Part shown: piece after piece, positions 28,308 through 37,556 of the stretch
Layout: the number at the start of each line of letters is the position of its first letter
How positions within the stretch are numbered: position 1 is the first letter of the stretch
Assembly: GCA_963753905.1 (NCBI GenBank)
Contig: CAVWDZ010000001.1
Span: 2,646,473 to 2,710,472, forward strand
Length of the DNA stretch: 64,000 nucleotides
Source of the DNA: an uncultured Acidimicrobiaceae bacterium
GTDB lineage: Bacteria; Actinomycetota; Acidimicrobiia; Acidimicrobiales; RAAP-2
Direction of reading: 5' to 3'
Made by a program: the position numbers and the translations under genes
The notes under the pieces: generated by a model
What the model was told of the DNA's origin: nothing
What the model saw: only the letters and a program-made list of their open reading frames with translations
Database searches by the model: none

Positions 28308-29645
28308 TCAGGAGACCAGGCCCTCGAGAACGGGCGACAGCAGCAGCGTGGAGACGGCTGGCGAGGAAGGAGTCGTGCCGCTCACCGCGGTGACGATCCG
28401 GGAGACGGCCCGGGTCTGGGCGGGTTCGGCCACCACCAGAGCCGGAGCGGGGCCGGCCGTCGAGGCCACGGAGGCGGAGGACGATGTCAGGTTGGCGGTG
28501 GCCAGAGGACCGGCCGAGGCGTACGTCGGCGGGTTCACGTATCCCGGCCCCAGACCGGCCGACAGATAGGCGGCGGCCTGCGGTCCACCGAGCACGGCCA
28601 GACCGAGGTCGGCGGGATTTGCGACGACCTCCGTCTGGGTCAGCTGGAGGTATGGCCCCGAGGCCTCGGCGGCGGTCCAGGCGGTGGCCCAGGCGTCGAG
28701 GCCCGTGAGCAGCTGCGAGATCTCGTTCGGGGTCTGCGAGAGGGCGGTCAGAAACGCACCGGAGTCGGCGGCCAGGACGGCGAACGGCTGTTGGGCGGCG
28801 CTGAGGAGCTGGGCCGCCTGGCCGGCGAGGACCTCGCCGCCGCCGATGGACTGGCGGACCCCCGTGGCCTGGTGGTTGACGGTGTTGGCGGTGACGGTCT
28901 GGTTGGCCAGGATCTGCAGCAGGTCGGGTGTCGAGGAGGCGAACTGGTTGGCAACCGGCACCAGCGTGTCCAGGTTGGACACGACGGTCGGCCACAGCGG
29001 CAGCATCTGCTCGAAGTAGGTGTTGGCCCGGACCAGATTGTGGCCGAGCGACGTCCCGTTGCCCTGCAGTGAGCTGGCAAGAGCGGTCAGCGCGGCATCG
29101 AGCTCGCTCGGCCGAAGCTTGATGAGGAGGGTGTCGAGACTGCCGAGGGTGGCCTGCAGCGAACCCGTCTGGCCGACCTGCAGGGCGGAAATGACGGCAC
29201 CGGGTCGGAGCCGGGCCCCACCGGGGTGGGCGGGCGGTACGAGCTCGACGTAGGGGTCCCCGAAGAACGAGACCGGCGTCTCTGTGGCCTGCACTCGTGC
29301 AGGGATCACCTGCAGCATCGGGCGCTGCAGGTGAACGGTCAGGTCCACCAAGCCACCCGGGGCCGATTGCCCCTGGCTTGCGACGGTGCCGACGGTCACA
29401 TTGCGGTATTCGACCGGCGCCCCCAACGCGACCGCGGTGGACGACGCCGGAAGCTGCACCTCGGCCGTGGCGTAGGTCGAGAAGGCGCCCCCGAAGGCTT
29501 CGAGGATGATGGCGACCACGGCGACGATCACTGCGACGAACGCGCCGCCCGCTGCCACGAGGCGCCACACCTGCGGGCGTGGACCGTCGCCGGCGGCAGT
29601 GGGAACAGTCGCGTGCCCCGGAGCAGGAGGAGCCTCGAGACTCAC
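28308..29645 (-). CDS. MCE-family protein (first)
   Basis: GTG at 29645 has a GTGA overlap with the yrbE stop. A TM segment (LVAAGGAFVAVIVAVVAIIL) is followed by YATAEVQLPASSTAVALGAPVEYRNVTVGTVAS. Confidence 0.85.
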   Translation of the reverse strand: MSLEAPPAPGHATVPTAAGDGPRPQVWRLVAAGGAFVAVIVAVVAIILEAFGGAFSTYATAEVQLPASSTAVALGAPVEYRNVTVGTVASQGQSAPGGLVDLTVHLQRPMLQVIPARVQATETPVSFFGDPYVELVPPAHPGGARLRPGAVISALQVGQTGSLQATLGSLDTLLIKLRPSELDAALTALASSLQGNGTSLGHNLVRANTYFEQMLPLWPTVVSNLDTLVPVANQFASSTPDLLQILANQTVTANTVNHQATGVRQSIGGGEVLAGQAAQLLSAAQQPFAVLAADSGAFLTALSQTPNEISQLLTGLDAWATAWTAAEASGPYLQLTQTEVVANPADLGLAVLGGPQAAAYLSAGLGPGYVNPPTYASAGPLATANLTSSSASVASTAGPAPALVVAEPAQTRAVSRIVTAVSGTTPSSPAVSTLLLSPVLEGLVS

Positions 29646-30505
29646 CCGGTCACCTTCACCGGGACCGACACCCCCCAAAACAGGAGGGTCATCAGCATGT
29701 CGGAGATTGCGATGACCACGGTGCTCGTCCGGACAGCGCGCCCGGTCGCCCGCCCGACACCTTCGGGTCCCCCCGATGCCGTCATCCCGTAGTAGCAGTG
29801 GATGATGGTGACGAGGACGGCGAAGACCACCACTTTGAGCACCGAGTACAACACGTCACGTCGGTTGAGGTACAGGTAGAAGTAGTGGAGGTAGGTCCCC
29901 GAGCCTTGATGGGCAATGGTCAGCACCGCGAACTGCGTCGCCAGGTACGCACCGGACAGGGCCAGCAGGTACAGGGGGATGACCGCCGCGAGAGCGGCGA
30001 GGAGCCTGGTGCTGACCAGGTAGGGCAACGACGGTATCGACATGACCTCCAGAGCGTCGATCTCCTCGTTCACCTTCATGGCCCCGAGTTCGGCGGTGAA
30101 CTTGCACCCCATCACCGCGGCCAGCCCGTAGCCGGCGAGGAGCGGTGACAGCTCGCGGGTGTTGGCGAACGCCGACAGCAAGCCGGCCAACGGGGCGAGG
30201 CCGATGATGTTGAGTCCCTGGAGCCCCTCGATCCCGAGCTGGACACCCACCACGGAGGCCAGGAGGGCCGAGACGAGGATGGTGCTCGCCGCGATGGCCA
30301 GGACCCCGCCACCGAAGGTGACCTCCGCGACCAGGCGCCACAGCTCACGGCGATGGTGACGCAGCACGGTCGGAATGGCGCGGACGACCTTGATTACGAA
30401 GACCAGCAGCTCCCCGAGCCAGATGAGTTGGTTACGGATGCGGTAGCCGACGTTGACGGTGTGGAAAGCCACCCGTCTCGTGGCGGCGGCGACCCGCGAC
30501 GCCAT
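29642..30505 (-). CDS. Mce-system permease (YrbE/MlaE family), second copy
   Basis: GYGLAAVMGCKFTAELGAMKVNEEIDALEVMSI is the MlaE signature. The start is ambiguous: ATG at 30505, GTG at 30538 or ATG at 30586. Confidence 0.85.
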   Translation of the reverse strand: MASRVAAATRRVAFHTVNVGYRIRNQLIWLGELLVFVIKVVRAIPTVLRHHRRELWRLVAEVTFGGGVLAIAASTILVSALLASVVGVQLGIEGLQGLNIIGLAPLAGLLSAFANTRELSPLLAGYGLAAVMGCKFTAELGAMKVNEEIDALEVMSIPSLPYLVSTRLLAALAAVIPLYLLALSGAYLATQFAVLTIAHQGSGTYLHYFYLYLNRRDVLYSVLKVVVFAVLVTIIHCYYGMTASGGPEGVGRATGRAVRTSTVVIAISDMLMTLLFWGVSVPVKVTG

Positions 30506-30548
30506 CGGCCCTTCGGCAACCGGCAGCCTGTCGGTCACCGGAGTCCCA

Positions 30549-31436
30549 TCAGAGGATCCTCGGCGGGACGACAGCCAGGAACACATCGGTGACCAGCAGA
30601 TTCAGGATGAACAGCCCGACACCGGTGATCACCACCGACCGGGCGACGGCCTCACCCACCCCCGCCGGTCCCCGCTTGGCGTTCAGGCCCTGGTGGGAGG
30701 CGACCACAGCGGCGAACAAGCCGAACAGGCCGGCCTTGAACATCGACTCGATGGCGTCGGCCGGCTGGGCGAAGGTGCTGAAGGAGTTGAGGAACCCGCC
30801 CGCGCTGGTGTGGAGGATGTAGACGGCCGCCAGGTAGCCGCTCATGATGCCGGCGAACGCCACGATGCCGTTGAGCAGCAACGCCACCACCACCGTGGCC
30901 AGCACCCGGGGAGCGACCAACCGCTCGATCGGGTCGACCGCCATGACCCACATTGCCGATATCTCGTCACGCATCGTGCGCGATCCGAGGTCCGAGCAGA
31001 TGGCGGAGCCACCGGCGCCGGACAAGATGATGGCGGTGATCACCGGTGCCGCCTCCCGGACGATGCCGATGGCGTCCACGGCGCCGACGACGGCGTTGGC
31101 GCCGATCTGGACGGCCAGACCGCCCACTTCCAGCACCAGGACGAGGCCGAACGGGATGGCGATCAGGATGGTCGGCAGGACCGTCACCGAGATCAGGAAC
31201 CAGCTCTGCTCCGCGAACTCCGCCCACGAGAAGCGGCGGTGGACGACAGCGCCGACGGTCGACCACACGGCATCGACCAGCATCGCGAAGAGGTCACCGA
31301 GGACGGCGGACGCCGCCGTCAGCTTGGTGACCACCTTCCAGGCTGCTTCCGTTCCCCACTCCGGGGCCACAAACGAGAGCTCTGCGCCCTCGTCGACCGC
31401 CTCCTTGGTGTTACCTCCGTCGACCCCCGGGGTCAT
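30549..31436 (-). CDS. Mce-system permease (YrbE/MlaE family), first copy
   Basis: AAPVITAIILSGAGGSAICSDLGSRTMRDEISAMWVMAVDP is the MlaE signature. It is the first gene of the operon. Confidence 0.9.
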   Translation of the reverse strand: MTPGVDGGNTKEAVDEGAELSFVAPEWGTEAAWKVVTKLTAASAVLGDLFAMLVDAVWSTVGAVVHRRFSWAEFAEQSWFLISVTVLPTILIAIPFGLVLVLEVGGLAVQIGANAVVGAVDAIGIVREAAPVITAIILSGAGGSAICSDLGSRTMRDEISAMWVMAVDPIERLVAPRVLATVVVALLLNGIVAFAGIMSGYLAAVYILHTSAGGFLNSFSTFAQPADAIESMFKAGLFGLFAAVVASHQGLNAKRGPAGVGEAVARSVVITGVGLFILNLLVTDVFLAVVPPRIL

Positions 31437-31567
31437 GGGTCCCCCTTCTGTGTGATCTCGGCCATACCCCGGAGCACGTCATCCGTAACCTGCCCGACAC
31501 AGGGTGGCCTCCCCCGTGTTTCTCGGAGGGTGCGCAGGGGTCCCGAGGCTCGCTAATCTCGGGCGCG

Positions 31568-32005
31568 ATGATCGGGTCCGTAGGACGTGCTCGAAGGATC
31601 GAGCTCCTTGGGAATATCCCGCTGTTTGCGACCTGCACCAAGAGGCAGCTGGGGCAGGTCGCCGCGCTCACGGTGCCGGCAGAGCTCAAGAAGGGGACCG
31701 TGCTGACGCGCCAAGGCGCGGCCGGCGGGCTCGCGTTCGTCATCGTCACGGGGAGGGCGGAGATGGTTCGAGGCGGCAAGCGGCGGGTCCTCCTGGGTCC
31801 GGGTGACGTGGTCGGTGAGCTCTCCCTCATCGACGGCGAACCGCGCTCGGCCACGGTGACGGCGATCAGCGACCTGGAGGTGCTGGAGCTGGACCGCGCC
31901 GACTTGCTCAAGCTGATGGCAAAGGCCCCCCCGGTGACGCGCAAGCTGCTCGAGTCGCTCGCCCGGCGCGTGCGCGACACGGACATGGTGCCCACCGCCC
32001 ACTAG
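31568..32005 (+). CDS. Stand-alone cyclic-nucleotide-binding domain protein, with no DNA-binding domain
   Basis: LLGNIPLFATCTKRQLGQVA...GDVVGELSLIDGEPRSATVTA is a cNMP-binding (Crp/PKA-type) beta-roll. The protein is only 145 aa and has no HTH. Confidence 0.85.
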   Translation: MIGSVGRARRIELLGNIPLFATCTKRQLGQVAALTVPAELKKGTVLTRQGAAGGLAFVIVTGRAEMVRGGKRRVLLGPGDVVGELSLIDGEPRSATVTAISDLEVLELDRADLLKLMAKAPPVTRKLLESLARRVRDTDMVPTAH

Positions 32006-32190
32006 ACCGATCGGTCGTCCCTCGCCTCCCGGGGTGGCCGGATGTGCCGTCTGATCACGGTCATCCGCGCCAGTAGCTGGCATCCGTGTCGCATCGGCGA
32101 CAGCGATGACCAATCCTCCGGTTCGGATGGGTCATCGCTGGGTACAGTCACCCGGCAGGGCACCGACCAGGGTGATTGGAGTGGGTCACG

Positions 32191-33147
32191 ATGCGGGTAC
32201 GACGGCTTCCGGTCGGGATCGGGCGAGCAACCCGGTGGCCGGCCCTTACCGCGATTCTCGCCGGACTGATCTGCTTGGTCGCATCCGGAGCGGCAGCTGC
32301 AGCGCCCTTGCCCGTCGGCAACTTCGCTTCAGGAGTCGCCACCGAGCTCACAGATCCCGGCGGCAATCCTCCCGGATCCGACATCTGGAGCTGCCGGCCG
32401 GCGGCAAGCCATCCCTTTCCGGTCATCCTCGTCCATGGAACGCTGGCCAACGAGAATTTCAGTTGGCAAGCGCTTTCACCAATGCTGGCCAACGCCGGCT
32501 ACTGCGTGTACGCCTTCAACTACGGCGCCGATGCTTCCACTGCCGGCCACTTCTATGGCTTGGCCGACATCGTCCAGTCAGCACGGCAGCTCGCCACATT
32601 CACCAACAAGGTCCTGACCGCCACGGGCGCCGCGCAGGTGGATCTGGTAGGTCATTCTCAAGGCGGGATGATGCCGCGCTACTACGTCCAGTTCCTCGGC
32701 GGGGCTCCACACGTGCACATGCTGGTCGGCCTCGCCCCTTCCAATCAGGGGACCACGATCGACGGCCTGGGCACGCTGGCTTCGTTGTTCGGCGATATCG
32801 GGCTACCGGTTCTGAGCTTGGCCGGTTGCGTGTCCTGCACGCAACAACTGGTTGGCTCGGCTTTCCTCCAACATCTCAATGCCGGCGGGGGCATCTCGAA
32901 GACTGTTCGCTACGTGGTCGTCGAGAGCAAGTTCGACGAGGTAGTCACGCCGTATCGGAATGCGTTCTTGCCTGCGGCCCCCAATGTCGAGAACACCCTG
33001 TTGCAGGACCAGTGCCCCACCGACTTCACCGAACATCTGGGCATCATCTACGACCCCATCGCCCTCCAGGACGTCATGAATGCCCTCGGTCCCGATGACC
33101 CAGCCTTCCGGCCCAGTTGCTCTCTGGTACTGCCGGTGGTGGGCTGA
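32191..33147 (+). CDS. Secreted triacylglycerol lipase/esterase (alpha/beta hydrolase)
   Basis: The signal peptide is MRVRRLPVGIGRATRWPALTAILAGLICLVASGAAAAA. The oxyanion region is PVILVHGT and the nucleophile elbow is VDLVGHSQGG. Confidence 0.8.
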   Translation: MRVRRLPVGIGRATRWPALTAILAGLICLVASGAAAAAPLPVGNFASGVATELTDPGGNPPGSDIWSCRPAASHPFPVILVHGTLANENFSWQALSPMLANAGYCVYAFNYGADASTAGHFYGLADIVQSARQLATFTNKVLTATGAAQVDLVGHSQGGMMPRYYVQFLGGAPHVHMLVGLAPSNQGTTIDGLGTLASLFGDIGLPVLSLAGCVSCTQQLVGSAFLQHLNAGGGISKTVRYVVVESKFDEVVTPYRNAFLPAAPNVENTLLQDQCPTDFTEHLGIIYDPIALQDVMNALGPDDPAFRPSCSLVLPVVG

Positions 33148-33220
33148 GCACGTCGGTGGTCCCGGTCCGCCACGGGCTGACTCCTCAACCGGTCTCGAAC
33201 CTGCAGACCATCGTGTCCCG

Positions 33221-34678
33221 TCATGGTGCTCCGAACCAGGCGGCCATGGCGTCACGCAATCCGGTATCCGTGCCGCCCCCCACCCAGGCGACATATCCGT
33301 CGGGCCGGATCAACACTGCGCTGGGAGCGGTGACCGCGCCAAGTACCGGAAGCTCCCACACGCCGGCATAGTCAGCATCGACCAACCGGACCCGGTCAGC
33401 CCATGGAGTGATGTCAACGCCACCGGGTTCCCCGAGGTCGAGCAGCACCGGCTCGGCGTCGTGCAGCAGGCTGAAGACCCGCAACGGGCCGTCGGCGGTC
33501 GCGAGGTCCAGATCGGGCATGCGGCGTCCGAGTAGGGGGTGGCCCTCGCCCAGGTCGTAGTGAATGTCCAGCCCGGAGCTGATCCCGGCGAGCCGTTTGC
33601 GAGGCTCGTCCATACTCGCCAGCTCCGACACCACATCGACCAGGACCTTCATGCGCTCGTCCCGACGCTGGAGCGCGGTCTGCGCCATCGTGTGCTGAAG
33701 CGCGCGAGCAGCGACCGGGTGGCGTTCGTCCTGATAGGTATCCAGAAGGCCATCCGGGGAGGTGTCCTTGACCACCTGGGCCAGCTTCCATCCGAGATTC
33801 ACCGCATCCTGCACACCGAGGCTGAGGCCCTGCCCACCCGCCGGGTAGTGCACGTGCGCCGAGTCGCCGGCGAGGAGGACTCGTCCGGCGCGATAGTCCA
33901 CTGCCTGACGTGTCATGTCGGTGAACCTCGAGATCCAGATGGGACTGTGGATCCCGAAGTCGGTGCCGAACACAGCCGTGAGCGCCTCGCTCAGATCTTG
34001 CAGGGTGGGCTCAGAGCTCGGCCCGAGCTGCTGCTCGGTCACGACGACCCGTACCGTCCGCCCATCCTCCAACCTGTGGAGGCCATGGACGCCCGTTTCG
34101 TCGTGGCGAACGCCCCGTGGCGGCTCCTCGGTCACCTCGACCTCGGCAATCAGGTTGCTCCTCGTCGGTTCCCACCCCGGGAACCCGATGCCCGCTGCCT
34201 TACGGATGACGCTGCGTCCTCCGTCGCACCCGACGAGATACTGCGCCCGTAGCGACCGGCCTTCGGACAGCTCGATGTCGACGCCCGTGTCATCCTGGGC
34301 AAAGCCCGTCACCTCACGTCCGTAATAGATACGCACCCGCAGCTCTGCGATCCAGTCGGCCATGATCCGCTCGATCTTGTTCTGCCAGATCCCGAGCGAA
34401 TACGGATGACGGGTCGGGAAGTCGCTCATGTCCAACACGGTCGTGCCGAACGTCGCGACCTGGGCCACCTGACCTTCCGCGAGGAACCGATCGGCAACCC
34501 CACGCTGATCCAGCACCTCGATGGTGCGCGAGTGAAATCCGCCTGCCCGTGAGCCGACCAGCACGTGATCGGGACGCCGCTCGACGATCGCGACGTCGAC
34601 CTTCGCCAACGCCAACTCAGCTGCCAGCATCATCCCCGTCGGACCGCCCCCGGCGATCACCACCGCATGGTTTGCCAT
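33221..34678 (-). CDS. FAD-dependent aromatic-ring monooxygenase (PgaE/RdmE/Rox-like group A flavoprotein)
   Basis: ATG at 34678 follows GAGGAGGGG. Motifs: VVIAGGGPTGMMLAAEL, CDGGRSVIR, LAGDSAHVHYPAGGQGLSLGVQDAVNLGWKLA. The C-terminal Trx-like tail reads VLIRPDGYVAWVG. The 673-aa ORF in the track is a run-on. Confidence 0.8.
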   Translation of the reverse strand: MANHAVVIAGGGPTGMMLAAELALAKVDVAIVERRPDHVLVGSRAGGFHSRTIEVLDQRGVADRFLAEGQVAQVATFGTTVLDMSDFPTRHPYSLGIWQNKIERIMADWIAELRVRIYYGREVTGFAQDDTGVDIELSEGRSLRAQYLVGCDGGRSVIRKAAGIGFPGWEPTRSNLIAEVEVTEEPPRGVRHDETGVHGLHRLEDGRTVRVVVTEQQLGPSSEPTLQDLSEALTAVFGTDFGIHSPIWISRFTDMTRQAVDYRAGRVLLAGDSAHVHYPAGGQGLSLGVQDAVNLGWKLAQVVKDTSPDGLLDTYQDERHPVAARALQHTMAQTALQRRDERMKVLVDVVSELASMDEPRKRLAGISSGLDIHYDLGEGHPLLGRRMPDLDLATADGPLRVFSLLHDAEPVLLDLGEPGGVDITPWADRVRLVDADYAGVWELPVLGAVTAPSAVLIRPDGYVAWVGGGTDTGLRDAMAAWFGAP

Positions 34679-34985
34679 GTGCCACCCCTCCTCATTCCGC
34701 GCCTTCCGACCCGGACCGGAGATTGTGCGCACCGACCAGGGCCTTGCTGCAAGCGCTCGGCGCGCGCTACATTGAGCATGGCGGAACGTTGTGCTCTCTT
34801 TCCCTCTGTTCGATCCTTTGGTCAGTGCGGACGGACAAGCCCTGCGGTGTGGCTGCGTCGGCGTGCACCGCAGCACCATCGGCCGGCCAAGGCCGGATCT
34901 CCCGTGGGTCCAGGTGGAGTGCAGGGGACGCTTCACTGCCGGAAGGGGTGTCACCCCTTCGGCAGAGGCGCTGTACGGTGACCCT

Positions 34986-35252
34986 GTGAGCAGCCAGCGA
35001 GTGCCCAGTGGGGTGGTGCACAAGCTTCCGGGAGACTTGCGCAAGGCACTGATCGCCAACCCCACGGCACTCGATGCCTGGAAGGACATCACGCCTCTGG
35101 CCCGCAACGAGTTCATCTGCTGGGTCGAGGATGCCAAGCAGGAGATGACCCGAGAACGCCGCATTCGCAGGACCCAGGAGGAGCTGGAGGAAGGCCAACG
35201 CCGGCCATGCTGCTGGCCGGGGTGCACGCACCGCGAACGCACCGGCAGGTAG
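34986..35252 (+). CDS. YdeI/OmpD-associated-like small protein
   Basis: GTG at 34986 lies within ORF 34791..35252. The sequence is VVHKLPGDLRKALIANPTALDAWKDITPLARNEFICWVEDAKQEMTRERRIRRTQEELEEGQRRPCCWPGC. Confidence 0.55.
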   Translation: MSSQRVPSGVVHKLPGDLRKALIANPTALDAWKDITPLARNEFICWVEDAKQEMTRERRIRRTQEELEEGQRRPCCWPGCTHRERTGR

Positions 35253-35421
35253 CAGTCCGCTGGGTGGCCGGTGAGAACCCCCCCATCCGGGCGACGTCAC
35301 CGCTCGTATCGACGAGGGCTAACCTGAACTACGAGCCCAGAGGGCCCCGGGGGGAAGGTCGCCGAAGTGATCGACGATGCCACACCCGGTGATCACGATG
35401 GCAGGCGATGAAGGAGCGACC

Positions 35422-36681
35422 GTGCACGACGCCCACCGCAGACTGACCAGACGCCGCTGGGCGGCCGTGATGGTCGGGGTCGTGGCCGTGATCGTGGCCG
35501 CCGTCGGGATCGTCCTGAGCCTACCGACGGCCCAGGCAGCCGCGGAGCGGATCGACGGTCAACCGGTCACGACTCTCACCTTGACCATGCCCCACGCCTA
35601 CACCCCCGTCTTCGCCAATGGCAGCACCGACGACTACCACTGCATCCTGCTGAACCCCCACGTGACCAAGAACTCCTACGTCGTGGCATCGCAGTTCCAT
35701 CCCGGGTCGGGACCCTCGAGCGTCGAGGTGCACCACGCCATCCTGTTCCTCGTTCCACCGGACGAGGTCGCAGCGGCCAAGGCCAACAACCCCGGGGACA
35801 AGGGCTGGAGCTGCTTCGGCGAGTCACCGCTCGACGGGAACAGTTTGGCTGGACTGGGCAGCTTCCCGTGGCTCAGCGCATGGGCCCCCGGCGCCGGCGT
35901 GGACAACGAGCCCCTGACGACAGGGACCCCGCTGCCGGCCGGGAGCATGGTCGTCATGCAGGTTCACTTCAACGGCCTGGTCGGGGACAAGCCGGTCCAG
36001 CCGTGGTTGCAGCTCAAGACGGTCCCGGCCGCAGCCCACCTGCGCCCGGAGAGCCTGGTTCTCGACCCCGCCCCGCCTGACTATGGGTGCCCCACCGGGG
36101 TAACGGGCCCGCTCTGCAACCGGCCGGCAGCCATGGCATACCTCGGCCAGCGGTTCGGTGAGGGCTCCGTGATCTTCGACGACACCATCGAGGCTGTCTG
36201 CGGGCGAAATCCGGTCGACCCACCGACCAGCGACACCACCCAGTGCACCTGGCCCGTCTACCAAGCCGGGTACGTGGTCCGGCTCGGGGCCCACATGCAC
36301 CTGACCGGCGCCAGCTTGCGGATCATCCTCAACCCGGGGACCCCGACCCAGAAGACGCTGCTCAACGTGCCCGATTTCAACTTCCACTACCAGCGTGGCT
36401 ACGACCTCGCCCACTGGGTCAAGGTCGTGCCGGGCGACAACATCGAGGTGAGTTGCACCTTCAACCCACAGCTGCGCGAAGAACTGCCCCAGTTGCGCAA
36501 GCTCCCCCCCCGCTACGTGGTGTGGGGGGATGGTTCGTCCGACGAGATGTGCCTCGGCCTGGTCTCCACCGTGCCGCTCGACCCGCATGCCCCGACCAAC
36601 TGGGCCGGTCAGGGCGGGAAGGGGGGCCTCCGCCATCACGGCATCCGGTCCGGCAAGCCGGAGTCGGCACCGACGACTTGA
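35422..36681 (+). CDS. Membrane-anchored copper type II ascorbate-dependent monooxygenase-like protein (PHM/DBH fold)
   Basis: GTG at 35422 has GAAGGAG 7 nt upstream; ATG at 35377 is also possible. A TM anchor is followed by YHCILL, VEVHHAILF (HH, CuH-like), GAHMHLTG (HxH) and SSDEMCLG (Met, CuM-like). Confidence 0.65.
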   Translation: MHDAHRRLTRRRWAAVMVGVVAVIVAAVGIVLSLPTAQAAAERIDGQPVTTLTLTMPHAYTPVFANGSTDDYHCILLNPHVTKNSYVVASQFHPGSGPSSVEVHHAILFLVPPDEVAAAKANNPGDKGWSCFGESPLDGNSLAGLGSFPWLSAWAPGAGVDNEPLTTGTPLPAGSMVVMQVHFNGLVGDKPVQPWLQLKTVPAAAHLRPESLVLDPAPPDYGCPTGVTGPLCNRPAAMAYLGQRFGEGSVIFDDTIEAVCGRNPVDPPTSDTTQCTWPVYQAGYVVRLGAHMHLTGASLRIILNPGTPTQKTLLNVPDFNFHYQRGYDLAHWVKVVPGDNIEVSCTFNPQLREELPQLRKLPPRYVVWGDGSSDEMCLGLVSTVPLDPHAPTNWAGQGGKGGLRHHGIRSGKPESAPTT

Positions 36682-37310
36682 GCGTCCCTCTGCACGTCAC
36701 GGTCGACCGCGCCGATGATTGTCATCCCGCGAGAGCCCGGCTGAGCCGGCGCCGGGCCCGAGCCTGGACGGCCGCCGCCCTCGTCGGCCTCGGCACAGGG
36801 TTGGCCGCCTGCGGTGGATCGTCCAGCACGACCACAACTTCGACGCCGTCCTCCACCACCACGACGACGGCCACCACCACGACGGCCGGGGTGGCGGCCG
36901 TCCCAGGGCCCTCCTCGGGCACCGCTCCCCTCTACGAGGTCAAGACCGGCACCGTGCCCGGACTCGGCACCGTCCTGGTGGCCGGCAACGGATTCACCCT
37001 CTACCTGTTCGTACCCGACAAGCAGTCCGGGGTATCGACCTGCTACAGCGCGTGCGCGTCGGCGTGGCCGCCGCTCCTGCTGACCGGCACCGACGCTCCC
37101 GCCTACGGGCCAGGGGTGAAGCCCGAGCTCCTCGGCTCCACAAAGCGCACCGACGGTACACTCCAGGTCACCTACAACGGGTGGCCCCTCTACCTGTGGC
37201 AGGGGGACTCAGTACCGGGCCAAGCCACCGGCCAGGGAATCAACAACACCGGAGGGCTGTGGTACGTGCTCGATGCTGCCGGCCGGGAGATCACGACGAA
37301 GGCCTCGTAG
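36678..37310 (+). CDS. Lipoprotein with two Y-x-[FW]-x-x-D repeats (COG4315-type secreted repeat)
   Basis: TTG at 36678 overlaps the upstream stop (TTGA) and is the only in-frame start. The lipobox is LGTGLAAC, followed by a Ser/Thr linker. The two repeats are LYLFVPD and LYLWQGD. Confidence 0.65.
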   Translation: MSVPLHVTVDRADDCHPARARLSRRRARAWTAAALVGLGTGLAACGGSSSTTTTSTPSSTTTTTATTTTAGVAAVPGPSSGTAPLYEVKTGTVPGLGTVLVAGNGFTLYLFVPDKQSGVSTCYSACASAWPPLLLTGTDAPAYGPGVKPELLGSTKRTDGTLQVTYNGWPLYLWQGDSVPGQATGQGINNTGGLWYVLDAAGREITTKAS

Positions 37311-37556
37311 CGCCACGGAGTTGCTTGCGCGCCTCGATTGCTTCACCCAGGCGGGCGCACCGTCTGCTCGGTCATCTCGCCTCTTCGCCTGGCGCCGCCG
37401 GGGCACAACCGACGGCTGCCCCGCACGACGCCTCCGTGAAACCGGGGATGCCGCTCCGGCTCGCAGGACAGCAGCGCGTGAACCACGCCGCCCCGCTTTC
37501 GCAAGGTGTTTGTCCCCGCACTCCGGGAGCAGGCCGGTGAGGACCCGACGTGGTCC

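Noticed and set aside
31437-31567. A Crp/CAP-type binding site in the mce / cNMP-binding divergent promoter.
   Set aside because: Only one TGTGA half-site is present (31449..31453), without a matching TCACA half at the correct spacing.
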